Below, piece after piece: positions 37,348 through 49,630 of a DNA stretch of 64,000 bases; the stretch's first letter is position 1; each line of letters starts with the position of its first letter. Origin of the DNA: Laetmonice hystrix. Its lineage: Eukaryota. The stretch is taken from the NCBI GenBank assembly GCA_965235115.1, contig OZ249436.1, forward strand, positions 23,810,001-23,874,000, written 5' to 3'. The notes beneath the pieces were generated by a model that had not been told where the DNA came from, searched no databases, and was given only the letters and a program-made list of their open reading frames with translations. The translations under genes and the position numbers were made by a program.

Positions 37348-38142
37348 CAGGCGCGTAGCCAGCATTTTTCATTGGGGGGGGGGGGTTCATGGGATTTGGG
37401 ACCTGTCACCTCTAAAAGAAAAAAATAAAACCAAATACACTGTAAATCGTTACACGTAGGCAGCGGAAGATAAAATTGGTTGGTTGGTTTGGGGGGAGGG
37501 GGAGGTTGTGAATGACAAGTTTTAAGCTATTGAAATGCGGATCATATTAGCGTCGAAGGCGCGAAACCTACTCCAGAAAAAAATTGAAAATGTTTGGGAA
37601 TATAAAAGGCCATATAGATGCTATTTCCCTTAGATTTCCTTTTTTTTGTATGAAGATGCATTAGTACAGCCACAATGAAACCATGCCGAGCGTAGCGAGG
37701 CACACATTTTTTAAGGCTGAGCCCCCTTAGATTTTCCTTCATTGTATGAAGATGCATTAGTACAGCTACAATATGAAACTATGCTGAGCGTAGGGAGGGA
37801 AAAAAGGGAGGGATTCCCCACTGATTAAAGCATGTTTATTGGAAAGAGAGGGGGGAATGGCCGAGAGCAGGGCGGGGGTCACGCCCCCCCCCCCCTCTGG
37901 ATCCTCGCCTGCAAGCATAATGCATATAAAAAGAGAGGACTTTTCCGCCAGTTCCGCGAGTTTTTTTTTCTCTATTTTTAAATTTTAAAAAATGCCTTTT
38001 ACAGGATCAGTAGGCCTATTCCAGAGTTTAGGTTATAGTATGTTGTCCCTGGAGCGGACCTCGGGGCTTTTGGATTGGGGGGAGGGCGTCTGGGCGTAGG
38101 CCTACCCGTCGCACCCCCCCCCCCCCCCCGGCTACGCGCCTG
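37348..38142. mobile_element. GC-rich MITE (CAG termini)
   Basis: TIR CAGGCGCGTAGCC / GGCTACGCGCCTG. TSD not recognisable. Confidence 0.6.
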
Positions 38143-38143
38143 G

Positions 38144-38250
38144 CTACTTGATGAACCCCCACGCCGAATGGTTGACCTCCATAATCCCCTGGAGACCCTA
38201 TCTGCCGAAGCAATAAGGACAAGGTGCCGATTCAGGACAGAAAGTATATC
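38144..38250 (+). pseudogene. Harbinger transposase N-terminal remnant
   Basis: Peptide RRMVDLHNPLETLSAEAIRTRCRFRTESI resembles the DRxNPLExLSDxExxxRYRFxRxxI N-terminus of HARBI1-family transposases; lies inside the Harbinger TIRs. Confidence 0.55.
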
Positions 38251-39775
38251 CTGGAACTTGTATAATTTTCAGACAATAGTTGGGCCTATTATGAATGCCG
38301 CTATCATTGTAGTTAATTGAGACACAAGCGCCCCCCTCCCAATATTTTCAGTGTTGCCAGTAATAATTATCCTACTTTAGGCCTACCAGGGAGAATCTTG
38401 GATCTGTTCGTCGATCCCCCTCAATAATTCAATAGAAATTATCTAGCTCCCTTAATAATTTGATGGAAATTACAGGCCTGCCCCATCAGATATCCCATCA
38501 CTGGATGTCCAGTTGGATAGGTGACTTTCCCCTTAGAACTGCTCCACCATTGTGACTGTCTTCTCGCTTGGCGTGTGTGCCTGGCCCTTCAACGTGTATT
38601 TGTTTACGTGTGACGTCATTTTTCTGACCATATTTGGGGATTGGCCTGTGTAAGGATCGGATTGCGCACACTGGAACCGGGATGGCACCGACTGTCTTTT
38701 GAGCCAGTGACCTAGCTAAGACCCGGCACAAGTGGCACTAAGAAAACCGTATTGTGCAGGTTCGCTGCACACTCCTTTCATGGTCCAAAGTTAGGCCCGT
38801 GGCTTGCCTTGTGACTGTGAAACCGTGAAATCAAAGCATAATATGATGTTTTGTTACATTTTAGGACATCCAGCGAGACTAGAGAAAAAATAGTCTGGAC
38901 TAGAGAAAAAATAATCTCTCCACATTGTTTTGTTTATCATAAATGTTATAAAAGTTTAAAAGTTTACAAAAGTTTATCATAAAAATTTATTGTTCTGTTC
39001 ATGGGCATAGATGTTGAGGTTGGCATCTTGCAGGTTCAGCTGTGCCTGGATCAGGGCCACTTGACACTGGAGGCGGAGTCTCACACGACACTCTATGATA
39101 CTGAAGAATTTCCTCAAGGTCCCAAAGGGTCCTCATCCATGACATGCAAGAAGGATAATGAGGGAGTGAGACAGGGAAGTCAAGTATATACCCCGGGGGA
39201 TCTACCTTGTCCGTTTTGCACCCGGTGAGGACCCGTTACATGTACGTTAGTTATACTGAACTTATCCAGAAGTCGTCAGTTTTATACTGTGGTCCCCCAT
39301 TACACATCCATTATTCATCAGTTCCCGTGCATTCCTTCTCAGTAATCGTCCGCTGAACATGCAGTTTATGCCCGGTACACTTCCGGTTCACCCGTTACAT
39401 GTCAGGTTGTAGTCCAGCCAAGAGTCAGGGCCAATGGACATCAATGGATGCGAACTAACAAGTCTAGGACAAGTCCAGGACGAGAAACGCACGAACTCCG
39501 CACAAATCGGATACGCAGCGTACAACCAGCGGATGGCTTTACCCGGTGGAGTCCAGTTCAAGTTTTGTGCAAGCACAAAACGTTTCTCCGGATTAAACGG
39601 GCCTCGCCTGACAAGGAACACATTTGGCGACCGAGAAACGGACAAGAAACGCATGCAAACGGAGATGAACGGATTGGAAATTTGGCTCTCCGTCGGATGT
39701 CCGTTAATGCTATCCGGCAAGGTGCGACAGGGCCATTAGACACCTGGGTAGCAGCTAATGTTGTCCTTACTGGCA

Positions 39776-39788
39776 TGGTGGCAGCGGT
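39776..39788 (+). promoter_or_regulatory. Retrotransposon primer-binding site (tRNA-Leu-like)
   Basis: ...CA|TGGTGGCAGCGGT, about 155 bp upstream of the gag-like ATG. Confidence 0.6.
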
Positions 39789-39931
39789 CGTTTACGGATC
39801 ACACATATGCTGAGCTCCTCGTTCCAACAGTGAAGATAGGCATTACTACAACTACTACTTATTCACCAACGACACAGGTACAGACATCAATCAAGAAAAG
39901 TGACGATCGAGATATGTTGTACTATGTCGTT

Positions 39932-40292
39932 ATGGCTGAAACACATAGAGCACCGAAACAGTGTTGTCTAATAAAGGGGAAACTGTGAATTCCTTCGAGA
40001 ATTGGAACCAAAATCGTGTGTACACTCTTTCACTAGACAAAAACTTCTCCCCCTTCTTGAGTGGGGCAAGAAATCCAGGGCTTCCCCACTTCATGGCTTC
40101 ACTGACGATGGAGAAGAAGCAGCGAATCGACGTACTGCTACTCAAAAGGCAAACATGTTGGCCCTCATGCTAGGTCAAATGGCTGATTATTGCCCAGTTC
40201 TGTCACGTAGTACAATTGTTTGCAACTCTACGTCGATTGACAGCATCTGGCATAGCATACATTTACATTATGGCTTCCAATCCTCTGGCGCT
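39932..40292 (+). pseudogene. Gypsy-like LTR retrotransposon gag N-terminus, frameshifted and truncated
   Basis: [13 protein letters not shown] / [28 protein letters not shown] / [66 protein letters not shown], read across two frameshifts. Resembles the HRAPKQW...TLSLD...LMLGQIANYCP start of invertebrate Gypsy-type ORFs (from recall). Confidence 0.65.
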
Positions 40293-40730
40293 CCTTTAGA
40301 CCCCAGTCACACAGGAGGTACGACCTATTGCCGACTTCTGACAACCACTGGTCGGTAGTTGGTTGTCAGAGGTTGTATACAGGTTTTTGGCAGTCTGTAC
40401 AAGGTTACCAGTGTTCGGTAAGTGGTTGTTGGAGCATTTTGGTCGGCTGGAGGTTTATGCTGTTGCATCGAAAACCTTCTGCCGACCAAACTGGTCGGGA
40501 AAAGGTTTTTCTTGTCTTTAATCGTTTGTCCGAGGCTGGGCAACATTTCTCAGACTCGACTAAAGGCCGCAGCACACCAGCCGGTTATTTGACAGCCGAA
40601 ACCGTTGGCACGTCAGAACGTCGTTAGTGTGCACTCAACGTCGAGAAAATATCGGATGATGCAAACGTCATGACCAATAGCAAGGAAGCTTTCGATCACG
40701 TGTCTAGATCACCGCCGCGTTGCTACCTAT

Positions 40731-41395
40731 TACCCCCATCACACTAGATGAAGACCTTACGGCGACCACGGCGACCTAGCGGATCGCCGTTGGTTGCCGT
40801 CAACATCGAAAAACCCCACCAAGTGTGACTGCAATGCCGCTCCCACCCCACTGCCACGACATGGAAAAATTCAATTCTCGGACGATTTAGGCCGTCCCTA
40901 CCACGTCGTATGGCGTTGCTACCACATCCTATACGATCACACTGCGCTCACTGCGCAGCAAGAGCACAGCTCTGACGTCATGAACGCAGCGATAGTACCG
41001 TGCGGAGCGTGTAAAGGGCTCATTAGGGTCACTGAGGTCTCGGTAGCATCGTGGTAAGAGCGCCGGGCCAGCGCCATGGGACGGAAAGGCTGATGCTACA
41101 CCGTTCACTGGCGCTCAACCTGTACTCTTAGGAATCTGGTACTGCATTCCTAGGACGCTGATAGTAATCGCATTTCGATCTAACTGCGCTTTTATATCCA
41201 CGGCGACCCTGCGGCGTAAATTTTGTGCATGTTCAAAATTGGTCGCCGCTAATGGCGACCATATGACGACCCAGGGAGACACTATCTCGCACCTACGACG
41301 CTCAGAAGGACCTCAGGGCACTCTATCCGCGCTCTACGGCGATCTGGCCCATTTTCTGGAGCGCAGCTAGATCGCCTTCCAGTGTGATGGGGGTA
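40731..41395. mobile_element. MITE with 3-bp TSD (Harbinger-like), inserted in a related copy spanning ~40690-41730
   Basis: TIR TACCCCCATCACACT / AGTGTGATGGGGGTA with TAT on both sides; 40930-41260 is repeated at 41397-41730. Confidence 0.7.
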
Positions 41396-41807
41396 TATAC
41401 GTTCACACTGCGCTCACTGCGCAGCAAGAGCGCAGCTCTGATGTCATGAGCGCAGCGGCAGCACCCTGCGGAGCGTGTAAAGGGCTCATTGGGGTCACCG
41501 AGGTCTCGGTAGCAGCGTGGTAAGAGCGCCGGGCCAGCGCCATGGGACGGGAAGGCTGATGCTACCTCAGTCACTGGCGCTCGACCTGCGCTCTCAGGAA
41601 GCTGGTACTGCGCTCCTAGGACGCTGATGGTGATGGCATTTCGATCTAACTGCGCTTTTAGATCCATGGCGACCCTGCAGCGTCAATTTTGTGCATGTTC
41701 AAAATTTGTCGCCGCTCATGGTGCTCATGGGGAACTATAATTTAAAATCAGAAAAATTTCGCCTGTGAACCGTAAGTAGGAACATGAACAACACAACCTG
41801 ACTGTAG

Positions 41808-41900
41808 AAACCCAAGTGTTGTCCTTGGCAAAATCGGATTCTCCGGAAAAAAACGCTACCTATATAGGATCCAAGTCTCAGATACTTGTCAACCAATCTG
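41808..41900 (+). CDS. Possible upstream exon of the EGF/TM gene
   Basis: Open frame ETQVLSLAKSDSPEKNATYIGSKSQILVNQS ending at a phase-1 G|GTGAGT donor, compatible with the next exon. Acceptor is weak. Confidence 0.3.
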
Positions 41901-42046
41901 GTGAGTTAGTTATAGAAAATGATCTGTCTAATACATCTGGATGGATTATTTTTTCCAAATCACTTATGTCTGAAACAAAATGTCATCAGACAGCTGTGTT
42001 TAATGTTTATCCATGCATAACGTCAGCAAATTACTTCTTTTTGCAG

Positions 42047-42145
42047 AAACCAACAATCTGCAGTGTATCAACACGGCATGTGGTCCTATTTGTTTCTGTG
42101 TCAGCCGGCGACCCATCGTCTCCATCAACGGAACGCAGTGTATTG
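42047..42145 (+). CDS. Exon, EGF-like Cys-rich module
   Basis: TTTTTGCAG acceptor, GTAAGC donor, 99 nt, phase 1-1: ETNNLQCINTACGPICFCVSRRPIVSINGTQCI. Confidence 0.75.
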
Positions 42146-43145
42146 GTAAGCTGGGCAACGTCCTGAACATGGTGGCACACTCCAATCAGTCTTAACTCCA
42201 ATATTTCTGTGGTTTTGATGTTTCACCGAACTAACACTGAAGTACTATGACTGAAAACATGTAGGTATGACATTTATACCAATCGTGCAACCTAAGTAGG
42301 CAAGGACTACAACTCTGCTATTACTCTATGGTTCTCTGAGTCTAAAAAACTGATTGCCTTCGAAATAGGCCTTCTTGATGAAGCTAGTTTGTTATTGTCA
42401 TATTTGCAACAACACTTTACCATACTCAAGGTAAAACTTCTTCTTCTGTCAGCTTGAATATAATATGTATTGATACCAAAGTATGGTTATCCTAATGGTT
42501 TGAGTCGAAGGCAATATTTCGTTTGAATAGAAAGAAATCCGAGGGGTGATATGTAACAAAGTTACCATTCTGCCGCTAGCGGGCTGTCGAAACATAACTT
42601 CATGGTCAATTTTAGTTTAGGAGTGATTCAGCAGGGAGGGTATAATACCTTGATTAATGACCACGGGGTTGGTGGAATTCCAGAAACAATTTAGTCACAC
42701 GTTCTGGGCACAAGTAATATCAGTGTGCTGAGGTACGTCTCTATGGCAACCGGTGATGAGCACATGCTTTATTGTGAAGGGGTCAGATAACCGATGGTTG
42801 TTATTATAAAATCATATGTTAACATTCTTCAGGGTCATAAGGTTATCCAAACCCCGGTCATATCGTGCAGAATAGACAGTTTGAAATGCTAAAGAATGTC
42901 AACAAGATAAGTCGGGGAACTCCCGGTGAGAAGGCCCTGGGTATAAATACCGGAGCCGATCGCCACATGCTGTTGTCTTAAGTCTAATACTTTGCTGAAG
43001 AACTAAGTTGCTGAAGAACCCGGTTGTTATAGTTTGTGACCACGAGGGTCCGCCACCATCACCCTTTTCTACCAAAGTCCGACCCACTTGATTACAGATA
43101 TCTATATATTTTTGTTATAGATATCACCACAAGGAATGGAAGATA

Positions 43146-43992
43146 TATCGGGTGGATAAAAAAACGCCCCGAACTTTAACCTTCAATATTTCAAAAAGTA
43201 ATGATTGTAATTCAATGACATTTTTCTTAATATCACTTCATGATGTTGTCTCCTAGTTGTTAATGTTACAACTCAATAGCTTGGATAATATTTCCGTGGG
43301 GCTAAAAACAAAAATCATTGTACAAAAGCGCAATGCCGGGCTAAAGTGAGTTGTAGTCACACCCAGAGTCCCTGGCCTCACACTACAGTGGGTGGTCAAT
43401 CGGTCCCCCATTTTCACTGCTCTCAGTCTCTTTGTCCATGAGCCAATGCACTTCGCGATCTCTCATAGGGAAATATCTTCCCAACATTGGGAAATACGCA
43501 ACGTTCTGAACGTGTTGCTAAATGTGATAATGATACGATTTCCCTTGAACTTCTCGTTACAGTCATATCGTCCTAATGTTGCTGTTTCTCTGTAGGGTTT
43601 GGCACGTTAAACATCTGTTTTCTCTAAAAGTACTAGGAATAGCACATATTTTATTATATCTAGTGGTCCACAACATTGTACATATTGTAAAACATGCAAA
43701 AACTAAATTTTGATTTTTTTTACCCAAGGTACAATGCGGTGCATCAAACAGGTGTCAAATTGGACACCTGGCAGCTGCATGATATTTGACCTAATTCCGG
43801 CATTGCGTTTTTAGACACTGATTTTTGTTTTTAGCGCCACGGGATTAATATCAAAGCCATTTAGCTGGGACTTTAACATACCAGAGATAATATTATGAAG
43901 TGATATTACGAGAAATGTTATTGAATTATAATGCATAGTTTTTGAGATATTAAAGTTTAAAGTTCAGGGCGTTTTTTTTTATCCACCCGATA
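43146..43992. mobile_element. Intronic Tc1/mariner-like non-autonomous element
   Basis: ~195-bp imperfect TIRs beginning TATCGGGTGGATAAAAAAACGCCCCGAACTTTAA; TA flanks. Confidence 0.75.
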
Positions 43993-44059
43993 TATAGGAT
44001 TAGGGCCGCCCTGGTCCAGTTCGCTACCGCCCTGGAGTCTGTCTTTGTCTTAGTAAGGT

Positions 44060-45213
44060 CAGGGCCCGGTTGTACGAATGGACTTGCGTGCTGTCGTAAA
44101 GTTACGTATGGAAATGGGTTGCACCAAACATATCCTACGACATGTTGTAACTGTCGCTCTCCTACACACTGCACTTAAGTGTTGCCTAAGTCGAGCTTGG
44201 TGCAACCCAAAAACATTATGAGTAAACCGGTGCACCAACACAACATAGGACACGGACCTACGATCAAAATTTACGCGTGGTCCAAGGTGGCGTAAGTTGG
44301 GCGTGAGTGCAATAATTATAATTCCCTGTAAGGGAAATGGGATGTTGTTCTTGTGTGCGTTCGTCTTCTCTATTTTTTTTTTATTATCGTCGTAGTTAGA
44401 CAATGGCCGTTTCTCAGCCAGTTTTCAAGGTATCTGGATGAAACTTGCACGGTAGGTTGGCCATGTCATGACTACCTCTACATATCAAGCAGTACGTCAT
44501 GGGCCGTCATGCTTCCGAGTTATGACGTGTTATACACGTCAAAAAGCACTTCACATTGTCAACTGTCAAGACCAAACAAATAACAATAGGGCAATTATCT
44601 CTCAGATACTGGAAAAGGAATAGTTCCTTAATATTTTTTTTTATCAAAATTGAGCTGATGACCTTTGCCCTTCTTAAGGACTGGGTCACAGGTCACATCT
44701 CACATAAATCTACAATTTTGAAGTAGCTTCCTTTAACTCAGCACCAAATTGCACAGAATGAAGGCTCGTAGATATGCGCAGAAGTTGTAGCATGGATTTA
44801 GCGATATGACCTATATTGGCGGAGTCACGTGACAGCAAAGTTTGATTCTGTGGCCAGTTTTTCAGACATCGGTCATAGCTCAGACCTCAATTCATATTGC
44901 ACCTCATGACCCCCAAGGGTGGATCCTAATTAAATGTAAACATGACCTAGTCACCTCGTTTCAAACCCCAAACAATGAGTCACGAACCCATCGTTGGATC
45001 TCTGATGTCACACCCACAGGAATGTGAATCCCTGACTCATTTGAATCTCTGACTCATTAATTACATCTCTGACTTACCGGACTTGTTTTACCGGAAGCTG
45101 CATCTCTACAGGCCCACCTACTACTAACGGGAGTTACGACATGTCTTAGGGCTGTACTAAGTGGCGTATCTTACGATAAGCACTTACGACACCTTTGGTG
45201 CAACCGGGCCCTG
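44060..45213. mobile_element. Intronic MITE containing a decayed HINE-like insert (~44320-45050, + strand)
   Basis: TIR CAGGGCCCGGTTGTAC / GTGCAACCGGGCCCTG, GGT on both flanks. The insert starts GGGAAATGGGAT...TTCGTCTTC...TTATTATCGTCGTAG, like the HINE 5' ends. Confidence 0.65.
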
Positions 45214-45449
45214 GGTCATTAACGATATATTTAAATTTACGTGACCGTGAATGGGAGGTCTCTGATTAATGGGATCATTATTAACTAGAGACTCTTATGC
45301 ATTCCGATTGAAGTTAACGATAACGTTAATAACCAGACCTTATTGAGACAGGCCCCTGGGTCACTTTGGCCGGGGTTAGATTCCCAGTGTAGAAAGGGCG
45401 TTGTGGATATCACGTCCATGGTATCCATACTGTGTGATCCTGTTTGCAG

Positions 45450-45572
45450 ATGTGAACGAATGTGGAGACGACAATGGTGGGTGTGAAGACCGGTGTGAGA
45501 ACCTGATAGGAAGTTTCCGGTGCAGTTGTCGGACAGGCCTGACTCTTGCGCCAAACGGACTCGATTGTATTG
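45450..45572 (+). CDS. Exon, calcium-binding EGF domain
   Basis: TTTGCAG / GTGAG, 123 nt, phase 1-1: DVNECGDDNGGCEDRCENLIGSFRCSCRTGLTLAPNGLDCI (six Cys, cbEGF consensus). Confidence 0.92.
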
Positions 45573-45786
45573 GTGAGCACAGTATTATCCCCAAATTGCA
45601 TGTTATGTTCTTTTCTATTTTCTAAGTATTCTGAGACCTCATGATATTCTTAGCGGAGATAATATAGTTTTACAAAAGTAATTATACTGGCTAAAAGATT
45701 TAGATTCCTCACAAGGAAAAAAGTCTGGAGCTCTTGAGCTGTTATGAAATATTATAGGTCCTGTGGTGTTTGTGTGTTTATCACAG

Positions 45787-45873
45787 ATGTAAACGAATGC
45801 CAGCTTGGAACAAATAATTGTTTTAGCAGAAGTTGTGTGAATACATGGGGAAGCTTCTACTGCACAAATGAGG
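45787..45873 (+). CDS. Exon, truncated calcium-binding EGF module (not in the ORF track)
   Basis: TCACAG / GTAAG, 87 nt, phase 1-1: DVNECQLGTNNCFSRSCVNTWGSFYCTNE (four Cys). Confidence 0.85.
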
Positions 45874-46065
45874 GTAAGATCAGTATAATATTTTCTCACT
45901 ACCATTGAATATTATCAGTAATGTCATGTAAATAAGACCGTTTAAGTTTATGAGGTAAAGGTCTATTCAGAAAACAATCCTTGAAATAAAAGATCCATTC
46001 ATTGGAAATCCCTTGCTGTACTCATATTTGACCTCCCAGTTTTTCAGCACGTTTTCTAATTGCAG

Positions 46066-46319
46066 CTCAAGCAGCTAATCTTGTTGGCAGCACCACCATA
46101 GTGGTTTCCACCATCCCCATGGCGACAGTTGTGGCAGTAGTGGTACTGGTGGCCAACCTTCTTTGCATCACCCTTGTTGCCACCGTTGTTGTGGTCGTGC
46201 GCAGGCGGAAGCAGAACACAAGGTCTGCAGATAAAGCAAGTCTCGTTATTAAAGGTTCAATCACTAGTCTCTCCAGAAGAAGCGTCAACCATTTCCAGAG
46301 TAACGATTCTCTAGAATGA
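46066..46319 (+). CDS. Terminal exon: transmembrane helix and short cytoplasmic tail
   Basis: CTAATTGCAG acceptor, in frame: AQAANLVGSTTIVVSTIPMATVVAVVVLVANLLCITLVATVVVVV-RRRKQ...NDSLE-stop. AATAAA at 46333. Confidence 0.8.
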
Positions 46320-46414
46320 CTTTCAGAAATACAATAAAACCATGCCGTTGCCACAAATGAAAACCACGTAGTTAGAAATTCAAAAATACTGAACTAATGC
46401 CTCTTCTATATTAG

Positions 46415-46870
46415 TAGTAGAGACCTTTAGAAGGACCCGCTTAGCTTCACTATACGGGATGCCCAATTACGTCATCAGTTCCTGCAGCAGCTCTCTAGCA
46501 GGATTTTGAGACAAAGAGCATTTTGATTGTTTCGAATCCAACAATTCATGATGAGCTCCACATGGGGGACTCAAGGGAGATGGTGAATTTAATGGACAGG
46601 ACCTACCATCTAAATCTAGGTGTAGATCCAGGGGGGTTCAAAATGTTTCCTACACACACCCTTCCCCCCGCCAAAGAAGAAAGAAAGAAGAAAAGGAAAG
46701 GGAAAAAAGAAATGGTACAGTGACCCACGTGTACTGACATGGTGGTCAGTTATGAAAGGTCTTCCAATCTTACATAATGTGGGGACAAAGCCGTATTCTG
46801 CACGTGAAGGGATGCTCCTCATTCCAAGCCATGTAGTGCAGCTATGCAGATCGTTAAAAGGTCTCCACTA
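46415..46870. mobile_element. Small TIR element with TAG...CTA ends
   Basis: TAGTAGAGACCTTT / AAAGGTCTCCACTA inverted. Confidence 0.45.
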
Positions 46871-47214
46871 CTGGTTCTTTGCTGTTTAAACCATGCGGTG
46901 CAAAGACTGGTGTTCCTGAATTCTTGCTGTTGGAGTCTTTATTTGCACCCATTTTGCTGATTGAAATCACAATATCAAGGGCAGAGTCTATCGCCTTTTA
47001 AACGGTTCTATGATCATTACTATCATATCATACGAAGATCAATAATTATTAATATTAAGAGCAATAATTATTATTAATATCGTAAGATTTACAAGGGTGA
47101 GAGGTGCCTGTTATTAACGTTATTTCTGCCGATTCGAAGGTAACATTTTGTATTGGGGATATGCTGAAACAAATAAACTGGAAACAAAAAAAAATGCATT
47201 GTGGAGGATGGTTT

Positions 47215-47215
47215 G

Positions 47216-47267
<52 letters not shown>

Positions 47268-47268
47268 A
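47215..47268. repeat. (GTT)n microsatellite
   Basis: About 17 GTT units. Confidence 0.95.
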
Positions 47269-48013
47269 TTCTCCTGCGATCCAATTCCACACTTAACGTA
47301 CTTTTTACAGTTCATTATGCTGAGACCCTTGAGAGAAATACCGATTAAATGGAAGGTTAAACGCGATAATGTTCAGATATACTGAACAATTCTTCGACCT
47401 CGTCAGGGCCCTGTTTCATAAACCACGACCAAAAAACGATAATTCTTAAAAAATCGTAGCAGAAACGATAATTGTTACGATATATCGTCGGTTCCGTTTC
47501 ATAAGATCATCGTTGAAGAAAATCAAAATCGTTACATATTTGAAAATCGTTCCTCGTCAACCCTGGGTAAGACCACCGGGAACCAGTTGAATGACCTGAA
47601 TAGTGACGTTCTGCCGTATGTACGTACGTCCATATGTCCGTAGACAGCGATTTCTCAGAAGTGTATGGGTCGATTTCTTTGAAACTTCACACACTGATAA
47701 GGGATGATCTGAGTATGATGCACGTCAAACAGATTTTTGATATCATTTAAAATGGCCGCTTGGCGGCCATCTTGGATGTAAACACATTTTCATCAATAAC
47801 TCAGCCAAAACAATCACGATTTTTTTCAAACCTGGTCCAGGGAGGAGGCATAATGATGGCAAATAGGGATCGCAATACAATTTCAATTCAGATCCAAAAT
47901 GGCGACATGGCGGCCATATTTTTTTCTTGACCCCCCACAATGACACTGTTTTGGCTTATATCTCGAAAACGGTGCAAGATGACGCAAAAGTTACTATTAT
48001 TGATGGATAGGAA

Positions 48014-49137
48014 CAGGCCCGTAGCCAGGGGGTGCGCAGGGTGCGTACGCACCCCCCCCCCCATCGCCCAAGCTCGCCTTAACTTCAAAAGGTTGCAAGC
48101 ACTCGCTGGAGTACCCTGCACCCCCCCCCCCCCCCACCTGTCCAACAGCCCAAGATCTTCCTAACTTCAGTTATTTTGTGCTCCAAATTGCACCAGATAT
48201 CACCAAAATACACCTTAAATTCAAAAATTTTCTGGGGGGGGGCATGACCCTGGACCCGCCTAACTAGGCTTCGCGCTCTCAGCACTAAAAGTTTGCGGAC
48301 TTCATACCTTTGGCCTGCGGGGCTTGTGTGCTTATAGCTATGGGCGCTGGGGGACTGTAGGGGTAGGGGGGTTGGGGGGATGTCCCCTGCATTCCTGTTC
48401 CTAAATATTGACAGCCAAGGCCGTAACAGGGGTGTTAAAGTTTCCCCTGTAACACCCTCCCCCCCCCCCAGAAAATTGTCACATTAGGCCTAATTTGACT
48501 GCAAACTGGCTGGGATCGGCGCTTGCAACCTCTTCACCACCCATTGGATTGGCCACCGATTCTCATATAAATAAATGCATAGGATAAATGCTGCTTGCAT
48601 GTTGCATTACGTTCAAAACCGTCTTCAACAGATCTTTACCTGGCGCATTGCCACAGGCGGATTTAGGGGAGGGGGTGGCAGCACACGCCCCTGTTCATTT
48701 AAAAAAAAAGTGTTTTCAGCTATAGGACCTCGGCCTAAGATAACACCTTGCATTTCGGTCCCAGATGCCAGGGAAACGCCTATTTGGCACTTTAATTTTC
48801 AATTATTTTTAGACCCCTCTCCCCCACTCAAGGCTTGGCGTCTTCGGCGCTTGCATGGGGGGGGGGGAGGGGGGGGCTTCCCCAAATTCCTGAATCCGCC
48901 CCTGTCTGCCCTACTCAGAAAGTTCGAAGCTGGGTAGGTTAGGCCTATATGGATTATGGACATCTTGCTCCCTCCCTTTCCCATTGTTTTTGGCGACGTT
49001 GGTAAGCACTTTTACCGCCCAAATTAGGCCACCTAGACAACAGAAAACCGATGGCAAAAATACCCCTTCTTTCCCATAATACGCACCCCCCCCCCCCCCC
49101 CCGCCCCCAAAAAAGAAGAATCCTGGCTACGGGCCTG
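48014..49137. mobile_element. GC-rich MITE with 5-bp TSD (hAT5-like)
   Basis: 16-bp TIR CAGGCCCGTAGCCAGG / CCTGGCTACGGGCCTG; TSD AGGAA splits the host motif ATAGGAAGTCAT. Confidence 0.85.
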
Positions 49138-49630
49138 AGGAAGTCATATATGAAGTTTCATTAAAACGATCCCGATTTCTTTCAAATTTGGTAGAAAGAA
49201 GGTGCATATGGGGGGCAATGAAAATGCAAATGTATTGCCAGATCAGAGCAAATATGGCGACATGGCGGCCATATTAATATTTTTACTCCCCCCCCATAAT
49301 TCTGTTTTGGCTCGTATCTCGAAAACGGTGCAAGATAAGGCAATAGTTACTGTTATTGACAGACAGGAAGTCATTTATGAAGTTTCATTTGGCGCCATTT
49401 CCTATGACCTTGAGCCACCTTGAAAGGTCAATCAAGGTCATGCATATTTTAATGGCCTGTACCTCCAAACCAGTTGAAGATAACAACATCTAATCTGGCA
49501 TGAAACATTACATAATAACCAGGGACAGTCTAGGGAGGAAACATATCATTAAAAATGGCTGCTTTGAGGTATACCACTGATTGTTTAATTCTTTTTAAAC
49601 TTTTGGTCAGCTTCACTTGGTTTTAGCCTA

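Larger units (their letters stand above)
36350..39735 (+). mobile_element. PIF/Harbinger-type DNA transposon, decayed, with nested MITEs
   Basis: ~37-bp TIRs TGGCCCTGTCACACCTTGCCGGATAGCATAAACGGAC / GTCCGTTAATGCTATCCGGCAAGGTGCGACAGGGCCA; TTA TSD at 36347-36349 and 39736-39738. Confidence 0.85.

Noticed and set aside
39388..39813. Overlapping 70-120-aa ORFs as a Harbinger accessory gene
   Set aside because: They run through the GC-rich subterminal region and TIR, with no Myb/SANT or DDE motifs recognised.
47055..47385. Poly-N/L/V ORFs suggesting a membrane or low-complexity protein
   Set aside because: They are translations of the (GTT)n microsatellite.
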